In this document: positions 15,301-27,707 of the stretch, piece by piece | Layout of the letters: every line of letters begins with the position of its first letter | Numbering within the stretch: position 1 is the stretch's first letter | Assembly (NCBI GenBank): GCA_964016885.1 | Contig: OZ024740.1 | Coordinates: 131,440,001-131,504,000, forward strand | Origin: Eledone cirrhosa | Lineage: Eukaryota | DNA: 64,000 nt | Direction of reading: 5' to 3' | The notes under the pieces: generated by a model | Told to the model about the DNA's origin: nothing | Databases searched by the model: none | The model's input: only the letters and a program-made list of their open reading frames with translations | Translations under genes and position numbers: made by a program

Positions 15301-15796
15301 TGTGAGTGTATGTACAAGTCAACCAGCATAACACTTTTATTTCTAAATTTTCTAAACTATCTAAGTATTGGACTCTAACCATTATTTTAAGTATTACCAC
15401 CCCACATGTTGTATGTGTGGATGTGTGTGTGTGAAGGTGGGTGTGAGTGTAGTGCAAGCCAACCTTTTTACTTGTAAATTTTCTAAACCAACCATAAATT
15501 TCAGTAGCACCACTCCACATAAATTCCTCAATTTAAGAATGACCTGTACTAACATTAATTCAATATATATCTGACCAGGAATGCTTTTTGTGAAAATCAG
15601 TCATATGGATCTATTGTCATATTGCCTGATGATTTGAACTTTACAACACCACCTACTACCATCTAAAAACTGACCAATGAGAATCAAGACTATTCCTGCT
15701 GACAACATTAAATTATTCCTAACAAGCTCATACGTCCCAAGGCTCTGATACCATCAACACTATAAATACAGAGCTGGCATATCTAAGAACTGACTA

Positions 15797-15852
15797 ACTG
15801 CCTGATGAGGTCATAGCCATTCAATGGCTATCATCGAAATATATATAGCAGT
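15797..15852 (+). ncRNA. Minimal type I hammerhead ribozyme (3' pseudo-LTR copy)
   Basis: Stem I actgc/gcagt, core CTGATGA, stem II atagcc/ggctat, GAAA, palindromic tatata, UA cleavage site. This is the PLE-type minimal HHR. Confidence 0.85.
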
Positions 15853-15925
15853 AAATAAAGGATTATGAGTTCATGCAATTGACTTATGTTTCGTCACTAT
15901 ATATATATATATATGTTTTATTCGT

Positions 15926-15956
<31 letters not shown>

Positions 15957-16157
15957 CATGTATTAACGGTCTATTCTCCGATTTCTTACTTTCCCACGTG
16001 CTTACGCTCTGCTAATTTCTAGCCCACTAAATATTAACGCTTCGAATATTTAATACTGCCGGCATTAATATCGAGCACCTTTGACATACGCTACTTGGCA
16101 AATAACTATATGTATCACCTATCCTCCCCTTTATTTCTCTCTCTCGATACGCAAATA

Positions 16158-16216
<59 letters not shown>

Positions 16217-16221
<5 letters not shown>

Positions 16222-18456
16222 ATTATCGTATACATAAAATTAAAGATATATATATGTTGCAACTGTTCACTTTTAAGCTCTATGAAGAATTAATAAATTA
16301 AAATCAAAAAATCAGAGCATTATATCATAAATCATGTCTTTAGAATCATCAGATATTAAAATATATACTATTTCTTCTTCTAATTAGCATAATTAACCAT
16401 ATACAAAATCAAATCTAGCAAGCTTTAAGAATAAATTTTCTTATGGGGAAATCTCTGACAAACAATCGACCGTAGCCTCTTCGCGGCAGCTCCGTTCCAT
16501 TATCTATCGAACATTTCGACAGCATGTAGACTTCGACCAAATATACCATCAACCACACACAATTAGTAGTAAAATTAAACTTAGAAGAAATGCGCACATA
16601 ACGTCATTATATCCCTACCATGGTTTCTTCCTTATTTAGGACATCCAAATAATATGAATTTCCGGAGTTAGTTTCATCAGGGGATAAACTCAAAATCAGA
16701 CATTTAGTTTTTCAATCCGATCCCGCCAAATTTAGATTCAAAAATGGCTAAAAATAGCTATGGAGCTGTGTTCCAGCCAGAGAGAAAGAGTGTGATTGGT
16801 TGCTTACGGCAGGTAGGCTTGCTGATAGAAAGTGCAGCCATATATCGCCAAATTTAATCTCAACCAATTGGGAGATTATTAAATATAAATGTTATCATAT
16901 ACATAAAATTAAAGACATATATATGTTGCAACTGTTCACTTTTAAGCTCTATGAAGAATTAATAAATTAAAATCAAAACATCAGAGCATTATATCATAAA
17001 TCATGTCTTTAGAATCATCAGATATTAAAATATATACTATTTCTTCTTCTAATTAGCATAATTAACCATATACAAAATCAAATCTAGCAAGCTTTAAGAA
17101 TAAATTTTCTGATGGGGAAATCTCTGACAAACAATCGACCGTAGCCTCTTCGCGGCAGCCCCGTTCCGTTATTTATCGAACATTTCGACAGCATATAGAC
17201 TTCGACCAAATATCCCATCAACCACACACAATTAGTAGTAAAATTAAACTTAGAAGAAATACGCACATACCGTAATTATATCCCTACCATGGTTTCTTCC
17301 TTATTTAGGACATCCAAATAATATGAATTTTTCTCTGGCTGGAACACAGCTATATTGCGATTTTTAGCCATTTTTGAATCTAAATTTGGCGGGATCGGAT
17401 TGAAAAACTAAATGTCTGATTTTGAGTTTATCCCCTGATGAAACTAACTCTGGAAATTCATATTATTTGGATGTCCTAAATAAGGAAGAAACCATGGTAG
17501 GGATAAAATTACGGTATGTGCGCATTTCTTCAAAGTTTAATTTTACTACTAATTGTGTGTGGTTGATGGTATATTTGGTCGAAGTCTACATGCTGTCGAA
17601 ATGTTCGATAAATAATGGAACGGGGCTGCCGCGAAGAGGCTACGGTCGATTGTTTGTCAGAGATTTCCCCATAAGAAAATTTATTCTTAAAGCTTGCTAG
17701 ATTTGATTTTGTATATGGTTAATTATGCTAATTAGAAGAAGAAATAGTATATATTTTAATATCTGATGATTCTAAAGACATGATTTATGATATAATGCTC
17801 TGATTTTTTGATTTTAATTTATTAATTCTTCATAGAGCTTAAAAGTGAACAGTTGCAGCATAAATATATCTTTAATTTTATGTATATGATAACCTTTATA
17901 TTTAATAATCTCCCAATCGGTTGAGATTAAATTTGGCGATATATGGCTCCGCTTTCTAGCAGCAAGCCTACCCGCCGTAAGCAACCAATCACACTCTTTC
18001 TCTCTGGCTGGAACACAGCTACATAGCGATTTTTAGCCATTTTTGAATCTAAATTTGGCGCGATCAGGTTGAAAAACTAAATGTCTGATTTTGAGTTTAT
18101 CCCCTGATGAAACTAACTCTGGAAATTCATATTATGTGGATGTCCTAAATAAGGAAGAAACCATGGTAGGGATATAATTACGGTATGTGCGCATTTCTTC
18201 TAAGTTTAATTTTACTACTAATTGTGTGTGGTTGATGGTATATTTGATCGAAATCTACATGCTGTCGAAATGTTCGATAAATAATGGAACGGGGCTGCCG
18301 CGACGAGGCTACGATCGATTGTTTGTCAGAGATTTCCCCATAAGAAAATGTATTCTGAAAGCTTGCTAGATTTGATTTTGTATATGGTTAATTATGCTAA
18401 TTAGAAGAAGAAATAGTATATATTTTAATATCTGATGATTCTAAATACATGATTTA
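16217..18456. repeat. 669-bp tandem unit arranged as a ~2.2-kb fold-back
   Basis: The same pseudo-ORF occurs at 16415 and 17084 (-) and ends at 17700 and 18369 (+), period 669. Orientation switches at ~17330. Confidence 0.93.
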
Positions 18457-18567
18457 TGATATATATATATATATATAATGTAGGAGGTGTGTTTTTTTGT
18501 AGCACAATAAAGCAATGCAAATATCGGATAAGTACCACTCAACAGTTTATAGGACTGGAGTTTGAAG

Positions 18568-18673
18568 AATTGTTTCTACTTCTAGCACCAGGCCAGCAAT
18601 TATCCAGTACATTACTGGTACTTTATTTTATCGACCGCCGTAAGGATGAAAGGCAAAGTTAACTTCGGCGGAA
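18568..18673 (-). mobile_element. tRNA-derived SINE, 3' fragment
   Basis: Reverse complement of the aactttgcctttcatcctt..ggtcgataaaataaagtacc core seen at 37299 and 38079. Confidence 0.8.
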
Positions 18674-18848
18674 ATAATGAGATCAAAAGATTGTTAAAAG
18701 AGTTCCCTGCTTGCAATTGTTTATTAAGCATCATATCATGTCTCACTATTTTATCTGATGAGAACACAAATATCATCCCAAGATGATATTTGTTTTTGAA
18801 ATGCGCATAATAAAATACATGGAAGTCTTTTAACCATCTTTTTGATCT

Positions 18849-18914
<66 letters not shown>

Positions 18915-19007
18915 AAACAGAATAGTATTCACCGTATTTTTAACTAAAGTAATTTAACATAATATGGGGGTTTAGAAACCTCAGATAAAAAGGAAAAAGA
19001 TGAGTAT

Positions 19008-19077
19008 TGACGTACATGGGAGCGAACCCATTTTTTGGTTACCCAGACCACTGTCCTAACATTACACCAATAACATC
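19008..19077 (-). tRNA. tRNA-like unit, inverted degenerate copy (anticodon GGG)
   Basis: Reverse complement of the array cloverleaf. Confidence 0.4.
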
Positions 19078-20212
19078 ACCCATCTGCATCCTTTAAAATT
19101 AGAAGCTACATTCTTAGCGAGTATAAATGACAAGTAAGTATCTTTTGAAACAGTGAGCAGGATTCAAATTAGAAAATAGAATAGCTTTCACCGTACTTTT
19201 GACTAAAGAAATTTTAGCCTCATAATGTGGTTTTAAATTCTCAGAGGAAAAGGAAAGAGATGAGTATTGACGTACATGGGAGGCAAACCCACATCTTTAG
19301 TTATTTGTCAAAAATACGGTGAAAGCTATTCTATTTTATAATTCCAAATGTGCTCACTGTTTCAAAACATACTTACTTGTCATTTAGTGTCGCTAAGAAT
19401 GTAGCTTCTAATTTGAATGGAAGCAGATGGGTTATGTGTTGGTGTAATGGTAGCACAGTGGTCTAGATAAGCAAAGATTGGGGTTCGACTCCAATGTACG
19501 TCAATACTCATATTTTTTTCATTTTATCTGAGTGTTCTAAACCCCATTATCAGGCTAACATTTATTTAGTCGAAAAAAAGGTGAGAGCTATTTTATTTTA
19601 GAATTTCAAACCTGCTCACTGTTTCAAAACATACTTACTTGTCATTTATACTCGCTAAGATTGTAGCTTCTAATTTGAACGGAAAGAGATGGATGATGTG
19701 TTGGTGTAGCGGTAGCACAGTGGTCTGGATAACCAAATATGCGGGTTCATCTCCCATGTACGTCAATACTTATCTTTTTCCATTTTATCTGACGATTCTA
19801 ATCCCCATTATCAGGTTAACATTTATTTAGTGAAAAATACGGTGAAAACTATTCTATTTTCTAATTTCAAACCTGCTCACTGTTTCAAAACATACTTAGC
19901 ATTTATTGTCGCTAAGAATGTAGCTTCTAATTTGAATGGAAGGAGATGGGTGATGTTGTCGGGTAAAGGTAGCAGAGTGGTTTGGGTAACCAAAGTTGTG
20001 GGTTCGACTCCCATGTACGATAATACTCATCTTTCTCCATTTTATCTGAGGGTTCTAATCCCCATTATAAGGCTAACATTTCTTTAGTCGAAAATACGGT
20101 GAAAGCTATTTTATTTTCTAATTTTAAACCTGCTCACTGTTTGAAAACATACTTACTTGTTATTTATACTCGCGAAGAATATAGCTTCTAATTTGAATGA
20201 AAAGAAATGGGT

Positions 20213-20283
20213 GATGTGTTGGTGTAACGGTAGCACAGTGGTCTGGAAAACCAAAGATGTGGTTTCGAATCCCATGTACGACA
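20213..20283 (+). tRNA. tRNA-like cloverleaf, anticodon GGA, short variable loop (representative copy)
   Basis: GATGTGT-TG-GTGT-AACGGTA-GCAC-A-GTGGT-CTGGAAA-ACCAA-AGAT-GTGGT-TTCGAAT-CCCAT-GTACGAC-A, 71 nt. Confidence 0.5.
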
Positions 20284-20981
20284 CTACTCATTTTTTCCAT
20301 ATTATCTGAGACTTCTAAATCCCATTATCAGGCTAAAATGTTATTAATCAAAAATACGATGAATGCTATTCTATTTTCTAATTTCAAACCTGCTCATTCT
20401 TTCAAAACATTTATACACTCTAAGAATGTAGTTTCTAATTTGAATGGAAGGAGATGGGTGATGTGTTGGTGTAGCGGTAGCACAGTTGTCTGGATAACCA
20501 AAGAAGTGGGTTTGACTCTCATGTACGTCAATACTCATCCTTTTTCATTTTATCTGAGGGTTCTAAACCCCATTATCAGGCTAAAATTGCTTTAGTCAAA
20601 TATGCGGTGAATGCTATTCTATTTTCTAATTTCAAACCTGCTCACTGTTTCAAAACATAACTACTTGTCATTTATACTGTCTAAGACTGTAGCTTCTAAT
20701 TTGAATTGAAGGAGATGGGTGATGTGATGTTATAACGGTGGCACAGTGGTCTGGAAAGCCAAAGATGTGGGTTCGAATCCCATGTATGACAATACTCATA
20801 TTTTTCCATTTTATCTGATGCTTCTAATCCCCATTATCAGGCTAAAATTTCTTTAATCGAAAATACGGTGAAAGCTATTATATTTTATAATTTCAAACCT
20901 GCTTACTGTTTCAAAACAAACTTACTTGGCATTTATACTCGCGAAGAATATAGCTTCTAATTTGAATGGAAGGAGATGGGT

Positions 20982-21052
20982 GATGTGTTGGTCTAATGGT
21001 AGGACAGGGCTCTGGATAACCAAAGATGTGGGTTCGACTCCCATGTACGTCA
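20982..21052 (+). tRNA. tRNA-like cloverleaf, anticodon GGA (representative copy)
   Basis: Intact acceptor and T arms, D-stem GTC/GAC, weakened anticodon stem, TTTTT ~10 nt downstream. Confidence 0.5.
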
Positions 21053-22009
21053 ATACTCATCTTTTTCCATTTTATCTAAGGGTTCTAAACCCCATTATCA
21101 GGCTAACATTTCTTGACTTCAAAATATGGTGAAAGCTATTCTATTTTACAATTTCAAACCTTTTCACTGTTTCAAAATATACTTACTTGGCATTTACTGT
21201 CGCTAAGAATGTAGCTTCTAATTTGAATGGATTGTGTTGGTATAACAGTAGCACAGTGGTCTGGAAAACCAAAGATGTGGGTTCGAATCCCATGTACGGC
21301 AATACTGATCTTTTTCCATTTTATCTGAGTCTCTAAACCCCATTTTCAGGCTAAAATTAATTACTCAAAAATGCGGTGAATGCTATTCGATTTCCTAATT
21401 CCAAACCTGCTCATTCTTTCAAAACATACTTACTTGTCATTTATACTCACTAAGACTGTAGCTTCTAATTTGAATGGAAGGAGATGGGTGATATGTTGGT
21501 GTAGCGGTATCACAGTTGTCTGGATTACCAAAGGTGTTGGTTAGACTCTCATGTACGTCAATACTCATCCTTTTCCATTTTATCTGAGGGTTCTAAACCC
21601 CATTATCAGGCTAAAATTAATTACTAAAAAATGCGGTGAATGCTATTCTATTTTCTAATTTGAAACCTGCTTACTGTTTCAAAACAAACCTACTTGTCAT
21701 TTATACTCGCAAAGAATATAACTTCTAATTTGAATGAAGGAAATGGGTGATGTGTTGGTGTAATGGTAGCACAGGGCTCTGGATAACCAAAGATGTGAGT
21801 TCGACTCCCATGTACGTCAATAGTCATCTTTTTCCATGTTATCTAAGGGTTCTAAACCCCATTATCAGGCTAAAATTTCTTGACTTCAAAATACGGTGAA
21901 AGCTATTCTATTTTACAATTTCAAAACTTTTCACTGTTTCAAGGTATACTTACTTGGCATTTACTGTCGCTAAGAATGTAGCTTCTAATTTGAATGGGTA
22001 GAAATGGGT

Positions 22010-22080
22010 GATGTGTAGGTATAACAGTAGCACAGTGGTCTGGAAAACCAAAGATGTGGGTTCGAATCCCATGTACGTCA
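22010..22080 (+). tRNA. tRNA-like cloverleaf, anticodon GGA (representative copy)
   Basis: Anticodon arm gtggt-CTGGAAA-accaa, T arm gtggg-TTCGAAT-cccat, 3' gtacgtca. D-loop mutated. Confidence 0.45.
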
Positions 22081-25000
22081 ATACTGATCTTTTCCCATTT
22101 TATCTGAGGATTCTAAACCACATTATCAGGCTAAAATTAATTACTAAAAAATGCGGTGAATGCTATTCGATTTCCTAATTCCAAACCTGCTCACTCTTTC
22201 AAAACATAATTACTTGTCATTTATACTCACTAAGACTGTAGCTTCTATTTGAATGGAAGAAGATGGGTGATATGTTGATTTAACGCTAGTACAGTTTTCT
22301 GGATAACCAAAGATGTAGGTTCGATTCCCATGTACGTCAATATTCATCTTTACCATTTTATCCGAGGCTTCTAAACCCCATTATCAGGCTAAAATTTCTT
22401 GACTTAAAAATACGGTGAAAGATATTCTATTTCATAATTTCAAACCTGCTCACAGTTTCAAAATATACTTACTTGGCACTTACTGTCGCTAAGAACGTAG
22501 CTTCTAAATTGAATGGAAGGAGATGGGTGATGTGTTGGTGTAATGGTAGGACAGGGATTCTGGATAACCAAAGATGTGAGTCCGACTCCCATGTACGTCA
22601 ATACTCATCTTTTTCCATTTTATCTAAGTGTTCTAAACCCCATTAGCAGCCTAAAATTTATTTAGTCAAATATGCGGTGAATGCTATTCTATTTTCTAAT
22701 TTCAAGCCTGCTCACTGTTTCAAAACATACTTAATTGTCATTTATACTCACTAAGATTGTGGCTTCTAATTGGAATGGAAGGAGATGGGTGATATGTTGG
22801 TGTAGCGGTACCACAGTTGTCTGGATTACCAAAGATGTGGGTTCGACTCTCGTGTACGTCAATACTCATCCTTTTCCATTTTATCTGAGGGTTCTAAACC
22901 CCATTATCAGGATAAAATTTAATTAGTCAAAAATGCGGTGAATGCTATTCTATTTTCTAATTTCAAACCTGCTCATTCTTTCAAAACATTTATACTCGCT
23001 AAGAATGTAGTTTCTAATTTGAATGGAAGGAGAAGGGTGATGTGTTGCTGTAGCGGTAGCACAGTTGTCTGGAGTTCCAAAGAGGTGGGTTCGTCTTTCA
23101 TGTACGTCAATACACATCCTTTTCCGTTTTATCTGAGGGTTCTAACCCACATTATCAGGCTAACATTTCTTTAGTCAGAAATACGGTGAAAGCTATTCTA
23201 TTTTCTAATTTCAAACCTGCTCACTGTTTCAAAACATTTTTACTCGCTAAGAATGTAGTTTCTAATTTGAATGGAAGGAGATGGGTGATGTTTTTGTGTA
23301 ACGCTAGCACAGTGGTCTGGATAACCAAAGATGTGGGTTCGACTCCCAAGTACATAAATACTCATCTTTTTCCATTTTATCTGAGGCTTCTAAACCCCAT
23401 TATCAGGCTAATATTTCTTGACTTGAAAATACGGTGAAAGGTATTCTATTTCATAATTTCCAACCTGCTCACGGTTTCAAAATATACTCACTTGGCATTT
23501 AACATCGTAAAGAAAGTAGCTTCTAATTTAAATGGAAGGAGATGGGTGATGTGTTGGTGTAATGGTAGGAGAAGAGGTCTGGATAACCAAAGATGTGGGT
23601 CCGACTCCCATGTACGTGAATACTCATCTTTTTCCATTTTATCTAAGGGTTCTAAACCCCATTATCGGGCTAAAATTTAGTAAGTCAAAAATGATTTGAA
23701 TGCTTTTCTACTTTCTAATTTCAAAGCTGCTCATTCTTTCCAAACATTTATACATGCTAAGAATGTAGTTTCTAAGTTGAATGAAAGGAGATGGATGATG
23801 TGTTGGTGTAGCGGAGCACAGTCGTCTGGAAAACCAAAGATGCGGGCTCAAATCCCATCTACGTCAATACTCATATTTTTACATTTTATCTGAGGCTTCT
23901 AAACCCATTATCAGGCTAAAATTTCTTTAGTCGAAAATGAGATGAAAGCTATTCTATTTTCTAATTTCAAAACTGCTCACTATTTCAAAACATAATTACT
24001 AGTCATTTATACTGTCTAAGACTGTAGCTTCTAATTTGAATTGAAGGAGATGGGTGATGTGATGTTATAACGGTGGCACAGTGGTCTGGAAAGCCAAATG
24101 TGTGGGTTCGAATCCCATGTACGACAATACTCATATTTTTCCATTTTATCTGATGCTTCTAATCCCCATTATCAGGCTAAAATTTCTTTAGTCTAAAATA
24201 CGGTGAAATGTATTTTATTTTATAATTTCAAACCTGCTCACTGTTTCAAAACAAACTTACTTGTTATTTATACTCGCAAAGAATATAGCTTCTAATTTGA
24301 ATGAACGGAGATGGGTTATTTGTTGGTGTAATGGTATGACAGGGCTCTGGATAACCAAAGATGTGGGTTCGACTCCCCTGTACGTCAATACTCATCTTTT
24401 TCCATTTTATCTAAGGGTTCTAAACCCCATTATCAGGCTAAAATTTAGTGAGTCAAAAAAGTATATTCTATTCTAATTTCTAATTTCAAAGCTGCTCATT
24501 CTTTCAAAACATTTATACATGCTAAGAATGTAGTGTCTAAGTTGAATGGCAGGAGGTGGGTGATGTGTTGGTGTAGTGGTAGCACAATCGTCTGGAAAAC
24601 CAAAGATGTGGGTTCGAATTCCATGTACGTGAATACTCATACTTTTCCATTTTATCTGAGGCTTCTAAACCTCATTGTCAGGCTAAAATTTCTTTAGTCG
24701 AAAATAAGGTGAAAGCTATTCTATTTTCTAATTTCAAACCTGCTCATTCTTTCAAAACATAATTAGTTGTCATTTATACTCACTAAGACTGTAGCTTCTA
24801 ATTTGAATGGAAGGAGACGGGTGATTTGTTGGTGTAACGCAAGTACAGTGGTTTGGATAACCAAAGATATAGGTTCAACTCTCATGTATCTCAATACTCA
24901 TCTTTTCCCATTTTATCTGAGGCTTCCAAATCCCATTATCAGGCTAAACATTCTTGACTTAAAAATACGGTGGAAACTATTCTATTTTATAATTTCAAAC

Positions 25001-26069
25001 CTGCTCACAGTTTCAAAATATACTTACTTGGCATTTACAGTCGCTAAGAATGTAGGTTCTAATTTGAATGGAAAGCAATGGGTAATGTGTTGGTGTAATG
25101 GTAGCCGAGTGGTCTGGAAAACCAAATATGTGGGTTCAAATCCAATGTACGTCAATACTCATCTTTTTCCATTTTTTCGATTTTATCTGAGGCTTCTAAA
25201 CCGCATTATCAGGCTAAAATTTAATTAGTCAAACATTCGGTGAATGCTATTCTAATTTCTAATTTCAAACCTGCTGACTGTTTCAAAACATACTTACTTG
25301 TCATTTATACTCGCTAAAATTGTAGCTTCTACTCTGAATGGAAGGAGATGGGTGATGTGTTTCTGTAATGGTAGCACAGTGGTCTGGATACCTAAATACG
25401 CTGGTCCGGCTCCCATGTACGTCAATACCCATATTTTTTTAATTTTATCTGAGGGTTCAAAACCCCACTATCAGGCTAAATTATTTAGTCATATATACGG
25501 TGAAAGCTATTCTATTTCATAATTTCAAACCTGCTCACTCTTTCAAAACATGCTTACTTGTCATTTATACTCGCTAAGAATGTAGCATCTAATTTGCACG
25601 GAAGAGATGCGTGATGTGTTGGTGTAATGGTAGCACAGTGGTCGTCATAACCAAAGATGTTGGTTCAACTCCCATGTACGTCAATGCTCATCTTTTTCCA
25701 TTTTATCAGAGGGTTCTAAACCCCATTGTCAGGCTAAAATTGTTTTAGTAAAATATACGGTGAAAGCTATTCTATTTTCTAATTCCAAACCTGCTCACTC
25801 TTTCAAAACATTCTCACTTGTCATATATATATATACGTATATTCATATATATTGCTCTGCTTTGTGGGCAGCTAAACGGCAAACAATCATCAATTAAGCT
25901 GTGGGGGTAGTGGCTTTTTAAGGAACCCTTCAAACTAAAAAAAAAAAAAAGATCTAGAATTGATCGCTGGCAATGAAATTGTCGGAAATATATATCTCCG
26001 TTTAATTGTTCATTTATCGAGTAAAATAGGTAAGGGATGGACACCGCCTATATCTATTCTTTGACTTAT

Positions 26070-26270
<201 letters not shown>

Positions 26271-27325
26271 TCTGTGTGTTGATTTATAGTTTCTGGCACA
26301 AACTATAGCAAAGAGAAAACAATACGCCGCATAAAACTGATTTTACATGTGTCATGCATTGCTAGTGGCTCCGTAGATGTAAACACAAATAAATTCTTCA
26401 GGTTGTTCTGATATACATCCTAACCGTACACATACTCGCATACACGCTCACTCAAACGCATACATACACCCAAAAGCTCACACACATGCATACACACACC
26501 GCGCGCTGCACGCACACACACACAGACACACACTCTCTCTCTCCTTCACTCTCTCCCACACTCTCACGCGCACACACACACACATATATGTATATGTATA
26601 TATAAACTGAAATATAAATATATTTACATACAACGTAATCAACGGATGTACTTATTCAGGTAGCTGATATATATAATCGTATGAGTGTAAGGATGTGTGT
26701 AAAAATATGTCCAATTTAATGAAGTATATTTTGTTTAATTCACCTGATTTGTTTAGAATATGTTTGCATAGAAGAGAAATGAATAATATCTATTTTGTCT
26801 ATCCCATCTCTGAAAATGTTCGAAACTCCCATGACTACACTTGCACCAACCTTAATAGAATCAGTTGATCGCACTGCGTTCTTTTCATTAATCACTTAGC
26901 TGAGAATGAAATTCACATCAACACTTAATTGAGTACATAAAACATTGGACCATAAGACAAACAACAAATAAACATCATGTAGGTAGAAAAAGTCAAATAT
27001 CATAACTTCGTGTATTTTTTCATCTGATACATATTGCTACCTTAATTACTTTTGACACATACAAAACTCCATTACATCACCATTATATCGCATAGTAGCA
27101 AATAATGCAACAATGCTTACAACAATCAAAACAGTAGAATAATAAAATTCAGTTTAGAAGCTCTATGTAGGAATACATTGGTCTACAATCAATCATGGCA
27201 TTGACTAGAATCAATGTATCTACCATATAAATCTCTAGGTATTTTTAAAGAAAAAATGCAGGAAGGACAGTTGTCCATGTATTTTCTGTAGTAATTTTGC
27301 TTCCATGATAATTACACGTATTTCA

Positions 27326-27419
<94 letters not shown>

Positions 27420-27429
27420 ATATATATAT

Positions 27430-27600
27430 ATAGGAAAAAGTGTGACACAGACGGCAGAGCTCAGAAATAGCCGTCGAAACAGCTTGAGCTCTGCCGTCGG
27501 GGTCATACATGTTCCTATTACCCACTCTGCTACCCTCAGTATTGAGTACTCTGGTACGTGTTATGGTCCATCTGGTTCCTTACCACATTTCCTTCGTTAT
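27430..27600. mobile_element. Short hairpin-containing element inserted in (TA)n; internally deleted copy of 39100-39300
   Basis: Collinear with 39100-39300 and flanked by TA runs on both sides. Confidence 0.8.
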
Positions 27601-27627
27601 ATATATATAAAAATATATATATGTATA

Positions 27628-27707
<80 letters not shown>

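Larger units (their letters stand above)
11673..15900 (+). mobile_element. Decayed Penelope-like retroelement (Naiad-like) with direct pseudo-LTRs, inserted in (TA)n
   Basis: Direct repeats 11679-11950 and 15633-15900 flank a broken RT + GIY-YIG ORF. Each repeat contains a hammerhead motif. Confidence 0.9.
18917..25822. repeat. ~260-bp satellite of tRNA-like units (25 forward copies from 19306; ~1.5 inverted copies 18917-19305)
   Basis: Each unit has an A box (tggtgtaatggt), a B box (ggttcgactccc/ggttcgaatccc) and a downstream T-run. Cloverleaves start at about 19433, 19695, 19952, 20213, 20460, 20721, 20982, 21230, 21490, 21749, 22010, 22269, 22529, 22791, 23039, 23287, 23548, 23796, 24056, 24317, 24562, 24823, 25084, 25353 and 25613. 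Confidence 0.93.

Noticed and set aside
17430-17475. CTGATGA...GAAA in the 669-bp unit as a hammerhead
   Set aside because: No stem II pairing, and stem I is out of register.
21179-21192. ATACTTACTTGGCA resembling the U1 snRNA 5' end in array units
   Set aside because: Nothing else of U1 follows; it equally reads as a minus-strand splice-donor-like motif.
18917-25822. CRISPR-like array or tandem membrane-peptide genes
   Set aside because: Whole units are homologous with no unique spacers, there are no cas genes, and ORF frames and stops vary between units.
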